A stretch of 64,000 bases of DNA from Candidatus Multivoradales bacterium. Its GTDB lineage: Bacteria > Acidobacteriota > Thermoanaerobaculia > Multivoradales > J023. Where the stretch lies: the NCBI GenBank assembly GCA_965248925.1, contig CBDFLE010000005.1, positions 1,120,001 through 1,184,000 of the forward strand, in the 5' to 3' direction. This document shows, piece by piece, positions 1 through 9,037 of the stretch (the stretch's first letter is position 1; every line of letters begins with the position of its first letter). The position numbers and the translations under genes were made by a program. Below the pieces are notes generated by a model that worked only from the letters and a program-made list of their open reading frames with translations, made no database searches and had not been told where the DNA came from.

Positions 1-2934
1 ATCAAGGTCCCGCGAAACGGCGTACTGAGCCAACAGCGACAATGCGTGGCCGCGATTGAAGCCGGCGTAGGCAGCGCCGGGGTCAAGTTCGATGAAACGA
101 TCCGAGGCCACCACCGAGGCTTGCAGCGTAGCGGTCGGGTCGGCTCCGATCTTGAGCAACCAAATACCGCGCAACAAGCGGCTCACCGAGCGGACGGAAT
201 GCACCAAGGTTCGCTGCGGGTCCATTTCGGCGGTGACGTCCATCAACTGATCAACCTCATCGAGAGCTGGCAGCGGATCGACTCCCCAATCGAGCTGCTG
301 CTCACTGCGGTGCACCTTCGCTTGGGAGAGGTAGAAATAGCCCACCAGCTCCTCCGGCTGGCTGGCGATCAGCTGCCGGGCATAGTGCTCGGCACGGAGG
401 AAATCAGCGGTGCCATCGCCTCCCCGGTTGGCTTCATAGTTGGCCCGTTGGGCAAGAATCCAGGACAAGCTGGAAGCGACGAACTGAAAGCCAGGATCGA
501 GCTCAACGGCTTGCTCAAGGCGCTCGATCGCCCGCGTCATGGCGGTGCGAGGGTCCTCCCCGGCACGCTCCAAGTAGGCCGCACGCAGGGCCTCGCCAGT
601 CCCCAACATGGCCACCGCCTCGGCCGATCCCCGGTGATCGGCCAACACCTCCGCCAGCTCTTCAAGGGCCGCTGCCGGATCTTCGGCCAAGTCCCAAACC
701 TGGTGATCGGCGAGCAGCTGCCACAGCCGGGCTTCTTCAAAATCCACCGCTGACAGGTCTGGGCGAATGGTCCGCACCTGGCCACAAGCGGCCATTCCAG
801 CGGCATGAAATTCGACCGCGCCAGGGCGCAAGTAGCGCACCGCCAAAGCCAAACGATGGCTACCAATGCGACACAGCTGCAAGAAGCCCAGAGGAGCGCT
901 ACGACCGATGACAAGCCCTTGCTGAACAGCTTGTTCGGCACTGACCAACAGCTGGTCGGCGCGATCGTGATCGCCCGCGTCCTCTGCCACCACCGCCTGC
1001 GCGCGCAACGCGCGGGCCGCCACCAGGTGGGCTTCGAATAACATTGGATCTGCCGCCACCGCCGCCCGGCTGTGGCTCAGGGCCAGCTCGGCCTGCTGGC
1101 GGTAGAGCGCCCGCCGCGCCGCCAGCAGCTCGGCGGCAGCTGGCTCATCCTCCTCGCCACGGGTCAGCATGGCCAAGGCCGCGTCGCGCAGTTCCACTTC
1201 TGCCACCAACCGCAGTTGGCCGCGGGCCAGCGGGTCTGGCAAGCGCGAGATCTCTCCGATTCGCTGCTCGTACAAGGTCGCCAGCGTCAGCCCCAGGGCC
1301 ATGGCGACTTCCGTCCGCTGCTCGCCCAAAGCCCAAGCGCGCTCCAGATGCTGCCGGGCGCTGGTCAAATCGCCCAAGCTGAGCGCCCCGCGACCCAGGG
1401 CGTAGTGCCCTTGGGCCTCCCCTAGCGAACCCAACTCGAGCATCTTCGCCTCGATGCGCGACATGCCCTCCCGCAGGCGCTCAAGCCGCGGCGTCAGGTC
1501 TTGCAGTGGCAGCAGATGGGCGACTCGTTGCTGCCACTCGATGCGCTCCGCCTCGCGGGTGATCTCGGCAGTCGCGCGGGCCAAGCGCTGGCCGCGAGCA
1601 CGCGCCCGTAGTTCCAAGACCAACCCACCCACAACCATCGCCACCAGCGCCAAGGCCGCCGCGAACGCCGCGCGATGCCGCCGCACTGCCTTGGCCAAGC
1701 GATAGGCAACACTCGGTGGACCGGCCGACACCGGCTGGTGCAGCAAGTGGCGTTCGAGATCATCCGCCAGCGCCGAGGCAGAGCCATAGCGCTGGTCCGG
1801 CTCTTTGGCAATCGCTGCCATCACCACCCAATCGAGGTCACCGAGCAGCCGCTGGCGCAGCTCCCGCGGCGAACTGCTTAAGTTGTCGGCGGCCAGTGCC
1901 CGAGTACCCTCCGTCGCGGGGCCAGCCCAGCGGCTACTAGGCTTGTCGGGATGCTCTTCCACCACCCGCCGAATCAGCTTGGCCAACGGGTCGTCCCCTT
2001 GCACGATCGGCAACTCGCCAGCGAGCAACTCGTAGAGCAAGACCCCCAAGGTGTAGACATCGGTCCGGGTATCGATGTCACGGCTGCCGTTGACCGCCTC
2101 GGGACTCATGTAGGCCAGAGTTCCGACCATCACCCCACCGGTCTCGAGGGTCGAATCGGTGAGCGGAGCAGCGAGAGATTTGGCGATACCAAAATCGATG
2201 ATCTTGGGCACCGCCTTACCGTCGATCTCCTGCACAAGGATGTTCGACGGCTTCAGATCGCGGTGAATGATCTGCCGGCGGTGGGCATGCTCGACGCCGC
2301 GACACACATCGATCATCAGCCGCAAACGCCGGTCAACGCTCAGCTGGCGGCGGTCGCAGTAGTGATTCAGGGGCAGCCCGTGCACCAGTTCGAGAGCAAA
2401 GTAGGGATAGCCGTCGGCGGTGGTTCCTGCATCGAGAATGCGACCGATGTTGGGGTGTTCGAGCCGCGCCAAAGCCTGCCGCTCGGCGGCGAAACGCGCT
2501 TTGGCGATAGCGTTGGGCAAGCTGTTGCGAATCACCTTGAGCGCTACCTGGCGCCGCATCGGCTCGGTCTGCTGGGCGAGAAACACCCGCCCCATGCCAC
2601 CGCTACCGAGCAGTTCGAGCAACCGATAGGGGCCCACTTTGACCCGGCGATCGAGAGAGGTGGAGGCCGCGGAGGCGGGCACCGTCGGCTGATCGACCTC
2701 GCTATTACTTAGCGGCGCTGCGCTTCCTTTGCTCGGCGGCGGCTGCAAGAACTCGTCGTCGAGCGCCAGATCCACGGCCAGCAATTCCGTCAGCTCTGCC
2801 GCCAGATGCGGTTGCCTGCCGCGCAACTCTTCGACCCACGCCTGGCGTTGGTGCTCGGGAAGCCGAAGGGCATTCTCGAATAACTCCAGCAAGCGGGCTG
2901 GGTTGGTGGGAGGATTTGTTGATGAGCCGCTCAA
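1..2934 (-). CDS. Hanks-type Ser/Thr protein kinase with TM segment and helical/TPR-like C-terminus (partial, runs off window start)
   Basis: Manual translation (not in ORF track): LGSGGMGRV, VALKVI, HRDLKPSNIL, KIIDFGIAK, GTLAYMSPE, DVYTLG; then hydrophobic AALALVAMVVGGL and long helical repeats; frame open to base 1; probable TTG start at 2934. Confidence 0.9.
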   Translation of the reverse strand, partial: MSGSSTNPPTNPARLLELFENALRLPEHQRQAWVEELRGRQPHLAAELTELLAVDLALDDEFLQPPPSKGSAAPLSNSEVDQPTVPASAASTSLDRRVKVGPYRLLELLGSGGMGRVFLAQQTEPMRRQVALKVIRNSLPNAIAKARFAAERQALARLEHPNIGRILDAGTTADGYPYFALELVHGLPLNHYCDRRQLSVDRRLRLMIDVCRGVEHAHRRQIIHRDLKPSNILVQEIDGKAVPKIIDFGIAKSLAAPLTDSTLETGGVMVGTLAYMSPEAVNGSRDIDTRTDVYTLGVLLYELLAGELPIVQGDDPLAKLIRRVVEEHPDKPSSRWAGPATEGTRALAADNLSSSPRELRQRLLGDLDWVVMAAIAKEPDQRYGSASALADDLERHLLHQPVSAGPPSVAYRLAKAVRRHRAAFAAALALVAMVVGGLVLELRARARGQRLARATAEITREAERIEWQQRVAHLLPLQDLTPRLERLREGMSRIEAKMLELGSLGEAQGHYALGRGALSLGDLTSARQHLERAWALGEQRTEVAMALGLTLATLYEQRIGEISRLPDPLARGQLRLVAEVELRDAALAMLTRGEEDEPAAAELLAARRALYRQQAELALSHSRAAVAADPMLFEAHLVAARALRAQAVVAEDAGDHDRADQLLVSAEQAVQQGLVIGRSAPLGFLQLCRIGSHRLALAVRYLRPGAVEFHAAGMAACGQVRTIRPDLSAVDFEEARLWQLLADHQVWDLAEDPAAALEELAEVLADHRGSAEAVAMLGTGEALRAAYLERAGEDPRTAMTRAIERLEQAVELDPGFQFVASSLSWILAQRANYEANRGGDGTADFLRAEHYARQLIASQPEELVGYFYLSQAKVHRSEQQLDWGVDPLPALDEVDQLMDVTAEMDPQRTLVHSVRSVSRLLRGIWLLKIGADPTATLQASVVASDRFIELDPGAAYAGFNRGHALSLLAQYAVSRDLD

Positions 2935-3167
2935 GACGGTTCATTCTACGGCCAACGGGCCGCCGGTTCGCCGGCGCTGAGACGGCGAATCCTCTGCCCC
3001 TTCGCTGACTTCCATGGCCTGCTTGCCCGCTCGCCGAATTTGAGTGCAAGAACCGGAGTGCCGCCAACAGCGGAACTCTCTATGCTCGCTCCATGGTCGA
3101 AACAACACCCCGTCGAGTGCTCGCTCAGCGATCCAAAAACCGAGTTAATATCAGGCAGGTTACGCCT

Positions 3168-4259
3168 ATGCATGAGCCGCCCAAAACACCCGAATACGCC
3201 AGCGACGAACAACGCTGGAACGCCGTCCGCGAACGTGACCCTCGGGCCGATGGTCGCTTTTTCTACGCCGTCAAGACCACGGGTATCTTCTGCCGCCCGG
3301 ACTGCCCGTCACGCCTGCCAAGGCGCCGGAATGTGGAGTTTTTCGACAGCAAAGGCGCTGCTGCCGGCGGCGGATACCGGCCCTGCAAACGCTGCCGGCC
3401 AACCGCCACCGCGCCGCGGCAACTCCATGCCGAAATGATCGCCCGCAGCTGTCGCCGCATCGATGAAGCTGACGAATCGCCATCGCTGACTGAGCTCGCC
3501 GCGGCAGCGGGCTTGAGCCCGGCATACTTTCACCGCTTGTTCAAGCAAGCCCTTGGCGTCACGCCGCGGCAGTATGCCGCCAGCCAACGCATGCACCGCT
3601 TCCGGGACCAATTGCAAACCAGCCCGACGGTGACCGAAGCGATCTACGCCGCCGGTTTCAATTCCAGCAGCCGGGCATATGAGAACGTCACCAGTCACCT
3701 CGGCATGTCCCCGTCGACCTACCGCCAAGGGGGCCAGGGCTTGAGCATCCGTTACGTCACGGCCCCTTGCTCCTTAGGCCACGTGGTAGTCGCCACCACC
3801 GAGCGCGGCATCTGCGCCATCGAACTGGCCGACAGCGAGGCCCAGGCGGAAAGTCTGCTGGCACTGCGCTTTCCCCAAGCCCAAGTCGAACCCGCGGCAG
3901 AGCCATTCGCCGAGATGGTGCAAGCAGTGGCAGCTTTCGTCGATGCTCCCGACGGTGGTCTCGACCTACCCCTCGATGCGCAGGGAACCGCCTTCCAACA
4001 TCGGGTTTGGGACACTCTGCGGCAAATCCCCCTCGGCACCACGGTCAGCTACGGTGAACTCGCTGCCCGCCTCGGCAAGCCCCGAGCCCACCGCGCCGTC
4101 GCCAGCGCCTGCGCCGCCAATCCCCTCGCCGTGCTGGTGCCTTGCCATCGCGTCTTTCGCGCCGACGGCGGCATCGGCGGCTACCGCTGGGGCGAGCAAC
4201 GCAAACTGGCAATGCAAAAGAAGGAGCTAGAGCTGGCTAAGGCGGCAGCCGAAAAGTAA
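3168..4259 (+). CDS. ada: Bifunctional Ada transcriptional activator / O6-methylguanine-DNA methyltransferase
   Basis: CRPDC and CKRC Zn ligands, AraC-type HTH, PCHRV active site; start could be 3093 or 3168. Confidence 0.95.
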   Translation: MHEPPKTPEYASDEQRWNAVRERDPRADGRFFYAVKTTGIFCRPDCPSRLPRRRNVEFFDSKGAAAGGGYRPCKRCRPTATAPRQLHAEMIARSCRRIDEADESPSLTELAAAAGLSPAYFHRLFKQALGVTPRQYAASQRMHRFRDQLQTSPTVTEAIYAAGFNSSSRAYENVTSHLGMSPSTYRQGGQGLSIRYVTAPCSLGHVVVATTERGICAIELADSEAQAESLLALRFPQAQVEPAAEPFAEMVQAVAAFVDAPDGGLDLPLDAQGTAFQHRVWDTLRQIPLGTTVSYGELAARLGKPRAHRAVASACAANPLAVLVPCHRVFRADGGIGGYRWGEQRKLAMQKKELELAKAAAEK

Positions 4260-4298
4260 CTTGGTGATTAACAGCCCGGGCCGCCAAGCGCTCACCAG

Positions 4299-4328
4299 AA
4301 AAGGGTCGGGGTCAAACCCCGGCCCCTT
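4299..4328 (-). terminator. Rho-independent terminator-like hairpin (possibly bidirectional)
   Basis: GGGTCGGGG-TCAAA-CCCCGGCCC stem-loop with a T-run on the minus strand, between convergent genes. Confidence 0.6.
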
Positions 4329-4347
4329 GACCGGTTCTCGGTTTCTT

Positions 4348-4711
4348 CTACTCGTCAACGACGAAGAAGACGTCGGTCGTCAAGAGCCTCTTCAACCTGC
4401 CGTTCTCGAGTTTCCAGGCAACGCCGATGAAGGGGAAGCGATTACCAATTCGGTCCCGGCCACGCCACTCGCGGAATTCGAGACCAATGGCGACGATCCC
4501 CGCATCGTCGAGACTCTGCAACTCGTCTGCTTCCGAGTAGCCATTGTGGTTGCTCTCCACGCCCTCACCAATTTCTCGTGACTCGAGTGGCTCATTCTCA
4601 TTGGCACGGAGGGTCGCGCTGCGGGTCCAACATCGACGCTCAGCTGCCGAAGGCCGATTCGGCCAGTAACGGGAGTCCTGTGGAGAGGAGGACCAGCACT
4701 TTACTGTTCAT
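4348..4711 (-). pseudogene. Disrupted secreted EF-hand-like protein
   Basis: GAGGAGG RBS + MNSKVLVLLSTGLPLLAESAFGS* signal-peptide-like start; in another frame the tail SNHNGYSEADELQSLDDAGIVAIGLEFREWRGRDRIGNRF resembles D-x-NHNG-x-SE EF-hand tails. Confidence 0.5.
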
Positions 4712-4995
4712 CGTTCGACCTCCTCAGATAGGTCGCCCTGGCTCAGCTGCGCACGGGCGAAGTCGAGGAAGTGGGCCGAGTCCACCGGGCTCGACTTCGC
4801 GAAGTCCGAGGAGAAGAAAGTCGAGAAGCGGACAGGGCCGGACTGCGGCAAGACCACGACATCTATCGCCCGGACGTACAGAAACTCAGTCCGGGTTGAA
4901 AAAGGGGGATCGAGGGGGTGTAAGACCTCGCCGCGCCCCGTCTCGCCAAGCGGGCGGATCTGTTGCATGGTGATTCCTCAAAAGGAGGAACCGCT

Positions 4996-5370
4996 ATGGA
5001 ACAACGAATCGCGAGCTTTCGTCATCAGGTCGAGGTCTACTTTGGCTGCCGCCCAGGCCGCGGATGTCGGTATCCGGCTTCCCTTCGGGCAGAAGCCGTG
5101 GAGGTGGCTTTGGAGGCGCAGTCCAACGGCGATCGGTTGGGCCGGGTGGCCGCTGCTTTGGGAGTCGGTGTGGACACGCTCCGCCGCTGGATCGAGGCAG
5201 CGCCGCCGATGCCCATTCAGCTGCGGGCGGTCGAAGTCGTAGAGGCCGAAGAAGCAGCAACCATCAATCGAGGCCATCGAGAGGGCTTGGTCCTGGTGAC
5301 TGTCGCTGGCCACCGCGTGGTGGGGCTGGCTCTGGCCGACGTGGCATTGCTTCTGGAAGCGCTCGGATGA
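4996..5370 (+). CDS. tnpA: IS66 accessory protein TnpA (HTH)
   Basis: YPASLRAEAV...VAAALGVGVDTLRRW HTH; GGAGG RBS; ATGA overlap with tnpB. Confidence 0.85.
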   Translation: MEQRIASFRHQVEVYFGCRPGRGCRYPASLRAEAVEVALEAQSNGDRLGRVAAALGVGVDTLRRWIEAAPPMPIQLRAVEVVEAEEAATINRGHREGLVLVTVAGHRVVGLALADVALLLEALG

Positions 5371-5741
5371 TCGGCTCGACCCGCCGGGTCAGCGTCTACG
5401 CCTTCGGTGCGCCTGCCGACCTCCGCAAGGGGCTCGACGGTCTCTCGGGTCTGGTGACCGGCGAGCTTGACCAAGACCCTCTCTCAGGCGATCTGTTCCT
5501 ATTCGTCAATCGGGCGCAAACCCTCGCGAAGGTTCTGGTCTGGGACGGTACCGGGCTCTGTGTCTACAGCAAGCGGCTCGAGCAGGGGCGGTTTGCCTGT
5601 CTGTGGCGCGAACGGGAAGAGGACCGGCTGCGGCTGACTATGAGTGAGCTGACCTTGTTCTTGGAGGGCAGCAAGCTGATCGGAAAGATGAGGCTCTCGC
5701 CGCCCCTATTTGTGAGGGAAAAGGTTGCTGACGCAGCCTGA
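5367..5741 (+). CDS. tnpB: IS66 accessory protein TnpB
   Basis: PADLRKGLDGL...LFLFVNR...KVLVWDGTGLCVYSKRLEQGRF motif. Confidence 0.92.
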   Translation: MIGSTRRVSVYAFGAPADLRKGLDGLSGLVTGELDQDPLSGDLFLFVNRAQTLAKVLVWDGTGLCVYSKRLEQGRFACLWREREEDRLRLTMSELTLFLEGSKLIGKMRLSPPLFVREKVADAA

Positions 5742-5760
5742 ATTCTGCTCTATAATAGAC

Positions 5761-7033
5761 CACTGCTGTCCCGTTAACTTCGCAGAAAAATAGGCTCAAA
5801 CCTCCCTGGTCTTGATAGAATCAGTCATCGCTAAACGGCTGAATCAAAGGGAGATCTGAGCCTTGGCACATCATAGCACCGTCTTCGCCCAGCTACTGCA
5901 ACTGATTTCGAGACATGAATTCGAGGCCCTCGCAAAACGCCACCACGCCGGTCGCCAGTTCCGCACTGCGAGCCGCTGGTCGCAGCTGGTGGCTCTGATG
6001 ATGGCCCAGCTGTCCGGGCGTTCTAGCTTGCGCGACATCGTTGACAATCTACGAGCGCAGCGGCACAAGCTCTACCATCTCGGCTGCCGAGTCCTGTCGC
6101 GATCCAACTTGGCACGGATCAACGAAGAGAAGCCCTATCTCCTTTTTGAAGAGCTATTTGGGAGACTTCTGGGCCGTGCTCAAGCAGTGGCGCCCAAGCA
6201 TACGTTCCGGTTCAAGAACCGCTTGTTCTCGCTTGACGCCTCGGTGATAGACCTTTGTCTGTCGATATTCCCGTGGGCGAAGTTTCGTACGACCAAGGGA
6301 GCGATCAAGCTGCATGTGGGGTTGGATCACGGTGGCTACTTGCCTGCCTTCGTTGCGATCTCGGATGGAAAAACAGGTGACATCGCGGGCTGCAAGAGCC
6401 TGACGCTGCCACGAGGAAGCATCGTAGCTTGTGATCGTGGTTACAACAGCTACAGCTGGTTTCGTCAGCTGAGCGAGAAGGGTCTTTTCTTTGTGACCCG
6501 TCTGAAGCGCGGGGCCAAGTACCGCGTGACCGAACGTCGAAGAGTCAATCGTTCCAAGGGTTTGATGAGCGACCAAACGATCGAATGGACCGGTGTGAAG
6601 GCGTGTCGTGACTGCCCGATGCCTCTGCGGAGAGTAGGCTATCGCGACCCTGAGACCGGCAAGATCTACTATTTCTTGACGAACCTGTTCCGCCTGTCAC
6701 CTCAGACCATTGCCGATATCTACCACGAACGTTGGCAAATTGAACTCTTCTTCAAGTGGATCAAGCAGAATCTGAAGATCAAGACTTTCGTCGGCACCAG
6801 CCGCAACGCCGTGCTGACTCAGCTTTGGATCGCCATGTGCGTCTACCTATTGCTCGCTTTCATCAAGCACAAGCACCGTCTTTCCAGTAGTTTACGGGAG
6901 GCCTTGCGCCTCCTTCAATTGAACCTCTTTGAGCGCCGCGACCTCATGGCCCTCTTGAAACGAGAGCCGCCGCCGATCCCAGGACTAGACGAAAGACAAC
7001 TGGTAATGGTCGGAAGTTAACGGGACAGCAGTG
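5761..7033 (+). mobile_element. IS4-family insertion sequence, copy 1 (1273 bp)
   Basis: 21-bp IRs CACTGCTGTCCCGTTAACTTC / GAAGTTAACGGGACAGCAGTG; 9-bp TSD ATAATAGAC (5752-5760, 7034-7042). Confidence 0.95.
5863..7020 (+). CDS. IS4-family DDE transposase
   Basis: LDAS, DRGY and YHERWQIELFFKWIKQNL (YREK) motifs. Confidence 0.95.
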   Translation: MAHHSTVFAQLLQLISRHEFEALAKRHHAGRQFRTASRWSQLVALMMAQLSGRSSLRDIVDNLRAQRHKLYHLGCRVLSRSNLARINEEKPYLLFEELFGRLLGRAQAVAPKHTFRFKNRLFSLDASVIDLCLSIFPWAKFRTTKGAIKLHVGLDHGGYLPAFVAISDGKTGDIAGCKSLTLPRGSIVACDRGYNSYSWFRQLSEKGLFFVTRLKRGAKYRVTERRRVNRSKGLMSDQTIEWTGVKACRDCPMPLRRVGYRDPETGKIYYFLTNLFRLSPQTIADIYHERWQIELFFKWIKQNLKIKTFVGTSRNAVLTQLWIAMCVYLLLAFIKHKHRLSSSLREALRLLQLNLFERRDLMALLKREPPPIPGLDERQLVMVGS

Positions 7034-7044
7034 ATAATAGACGC

Positions 7045-8595
7045 ATGCTTCGGATCGAGAACGAACAGCGCCCCGACGTTCTGCGTCAAATTGCGCTGCT
7101 GCTCGATCGCGAGAATCGACACCTGCACGAGCGCATCAAGAATCTGATAGTTAGCAACGCACATCTTGCAGGGGCCGGCGCTGCTACCCTGCAACTTGAG
7201 CTTGAGCAACTGCAGGAGATTCTCGCTCAACGCGAGCGTAAGATCTTCGGCCCGTCCTCGGAGAAACGCCCCAGGACGCGGACCCCAGCGTCGGAGCGTA
7301 AGCCGCAGACCGGCCACGGGCCGACTCCGCAGCCCTTGCTGCCAGTGGTCGAGAAACTCCTCGAGCTACCCATTGCAGAGCAGGTTTGCCCGACCTGCGA
7401 CGGCTCCCTTCAGCCGATGGGTGATCAGACGGAAGATTCCGACGAGATCTCCGTAGTCCGGCGACACTTCATCATGGTCAAGCACCAGCGTCAGAAGTAT
7501 CGCTGTCGCTGCAACGCGGCAGTGGTCACGGCGCCAGCGCTGCCAAAGCTGATCCCTGGAGGCCGCTACGCTCCAGAGTTCGCGGTTGAGGTGGCGATCG
7601 GTAAATACCTTGATCATCTACCTCTTGAGCGCCAGAGCCGAAGCATGGCGCGGGAAGGGCTGAACGTCAGCTCGCAGACGCTGTGGGACCAGATCGAAGC
7701 TTTGGCCAGGGTGCTGACGCCGAGCTACCTGGCTCTGCATGACAAGGTGCTCATGGCTCCGGTGGTCCACGCCGACGAGACTCACTGGCGGCTGGTGACT
7801 CGTCAAGAAAATTCCAAGTGGTGGGTGTGGAGCGTGGCCAATCGGCAGGCGGTGTTCTATCGATTGTGCGGAACTCGCTCGGAAAAATCTGCCAGGTCGA
7901 TCCTCTCTGGTTATCAGGGCATCGTGGTGTGCGACGGATACTCGGCCTACAAGGCTCTGGCCAAGAGTGAGGCCAAGAGGGACGATCAGTCGGCATCCCG
8001 CGCCGGTCCTGGATTCACACTGGCCCACTGCTGGGCACACGCACGAAGAAAATTCGCCGACGCAGAGCACAACTACCCGAAACACTGCGGTCAAGCGCTG
8101 GACATGATCAGCGATCTTTTCAAAGTGGAGCGGAAGGTACCGGCTATCCAAGTTCCGGAGCCGCAAGAGCTTCTGGATCTGCGCCTGAAGCTGCGCGCCG
8201 AGCACTCCGGGCCCATTCTCAAAAAGCTGCAAGCTTGGGCTATGGAGACCAGACCCGTAGCCCTGCCGCGCAGCGGATTGGGCAAGGCAGTCAACTACCT
8301 GCTCGGCCATTGGAAAGGGCTAACGCGTTTTCTTGAAAACCCCCTAATTCCCCTCGACAACAACCTTGCCGAGCGGGAGCTGCGAGGCGTCGTCATCGGA
8401 CGCAAGAACCACTACGGGTCGCGCTCCAAGCGGGGAACCGAGGTCGCGGCGATCCTCTACAGCCTCACCGAGAGCGCCAAGCTTGCCGGCGATGAGCCCT
8501 ACGCCTACCTGCTCAAAGCAACGCGGGCGGCTCTCGAGAATCCCGGCACTGTCACCTTGCCGGCCAGCCCCGGCGATTCACCCCCACCAAACTGA
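7045..8595 (+). CDS. tnpC: IS66 transposase TnpC
   Basis: Leucine zipper, CPTC/CRC Zn ribbon, HADET, CDGY, CWAHARRKF, DNNLAERELR. Confidence 0.95.
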   Translation: MLRIENEQRPDVLRQIALLLDRENRHLHERIKNLIVSNAHLAGAGAATLQLELEQLQEILAQRERKIFGPSSEKRPRTRTPASERKPQTGHGPTPQPLLPVVEKLLELPIAEQVCPTCDGSLQPMGDQTEDSDEISVVRRHFIMVKHQRQKYRCRCNAAVVTAPALPKLIPGGRYAPEFAVEVAIGKYLDHLPLERQSRSMAREGLNVSSQTLWDQIEALARVLTPSYLALHDKVLMAPVVHADETHWRLVTRQENSKWWVWSVANRQAVFYRLCGTRSEKSARSILSGYQGIVVCDGYSAYKALAKSEAKRDDQSASRAGPGFTLAHCWAHARRKFADAEHNYPKHCGQALDMISDLFKVERKVPAIQVPEPQELLDLRLKLRAEHSGPILKKLQAWAMETRPVALPRSGLGKAVNYLLGHWKGLTRFLENPLIPLDNNLAERELRGVVIGRKNHYGSRSKRGTEVAAILYSLTESAKLAGDEPYAYLLKATRAALENPGTVTLPASPGDSPPPN

Positions 8596-8694
8596 TCTTC
8601 GCTGCTCGAATCTGAGGACCCTGTCAAGACGTGCCAGGGCGAGGTCTTACGAGGGGGTTGGGCTGCTGCCTCTTGCCTCGGTCTTGAATCCACC

Positions 8695-8880
8695 TAACTC
8701 CATGAGATGCCAGTGTTTATCCCTTGAGTACCGGCGACGTGTGAAGCTTACCACGAGCACCTCCACACGCGTCAAGGGGGGCTCATGGGGAAGCACTGGC
8801 CAATCCTCCCCCACGGTCTTCAACGGTGGGCCACAACGAAACCGGCTAGTGCAGAAGTTTGCTAGGTTCCCGGCGCATCG
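8695..8880 (-). repeat. Copy 1 of dispersed non-coding element (IHF-like site + leftward sigma70-like promoter)
   Basis: Aligns with 17348-17559 and 21990-22225; TAAACACTG...TTA 25-mer, TTGACG-N19-TAAGCT on minus strand, shared GAAACCGG..GTGCAGAAG block. Confidence 0.7.
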
Positions 8881-8893
8881 AAACGCGTCAAGC

Positions 8894-8993
8894 GCTCGGC
8901 TATCGGCGGAATCTGCCGATTCCGGTGGCACCTTAATTGGCTTGCTCGGCTATCGGCGGAATCTGCCGATTCCGGTGGCACCTTAATTGGCTT
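8894..8993. repeat. Perfect 50-bp tandem duplication with internal hairpin
   Basis: GCTCGGCTATCGGCGGAATCTGCCGATTCCGGTGGCACCTTAATTGGCTT x2; ATCGGC...GCCGAT stem. Confidence 0.95.
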
Positions 8994-9037
8994 GGCCGAA
9001 AGGCCACGGCTTGGTTCTCACTGTACGCCCCTGCCTC

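Larger units (their letters stand above)
4920..8650 (+). mobile_element. IS66-family insertion sequence (interrupted by IS4)
   Basis: Terminal IRs GTAAGACCTCGCC.../...GGCGAGGTCTTAC; 8-bp target duplication GAGGGGGT at 4912-4919 and 8651-8658; tnpA-tnpB-tnpC organisation. Confidence 0.95.

Noticed and set aside
46-2712. Long plus-strand ORFs (235, 253 aa and others)
   Set aside because: Antisense shadows of the minus-strand kinase; the same applies to shadow ORFs over the adhesin, TonB receptor and IS genes
8894-8993. 50-bp repeat as CRISPR array or attC site
   Set aside because: No spacer between units, only two copies, no cas genes, no RYYYAAC/GTTRRRY boxes
9023-9036. GTACGCCC as the 5' end of the group IIC intron
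   Set aside because: Only 8 nt match, with no following GGCATGG or domain I structure; compatible with chance
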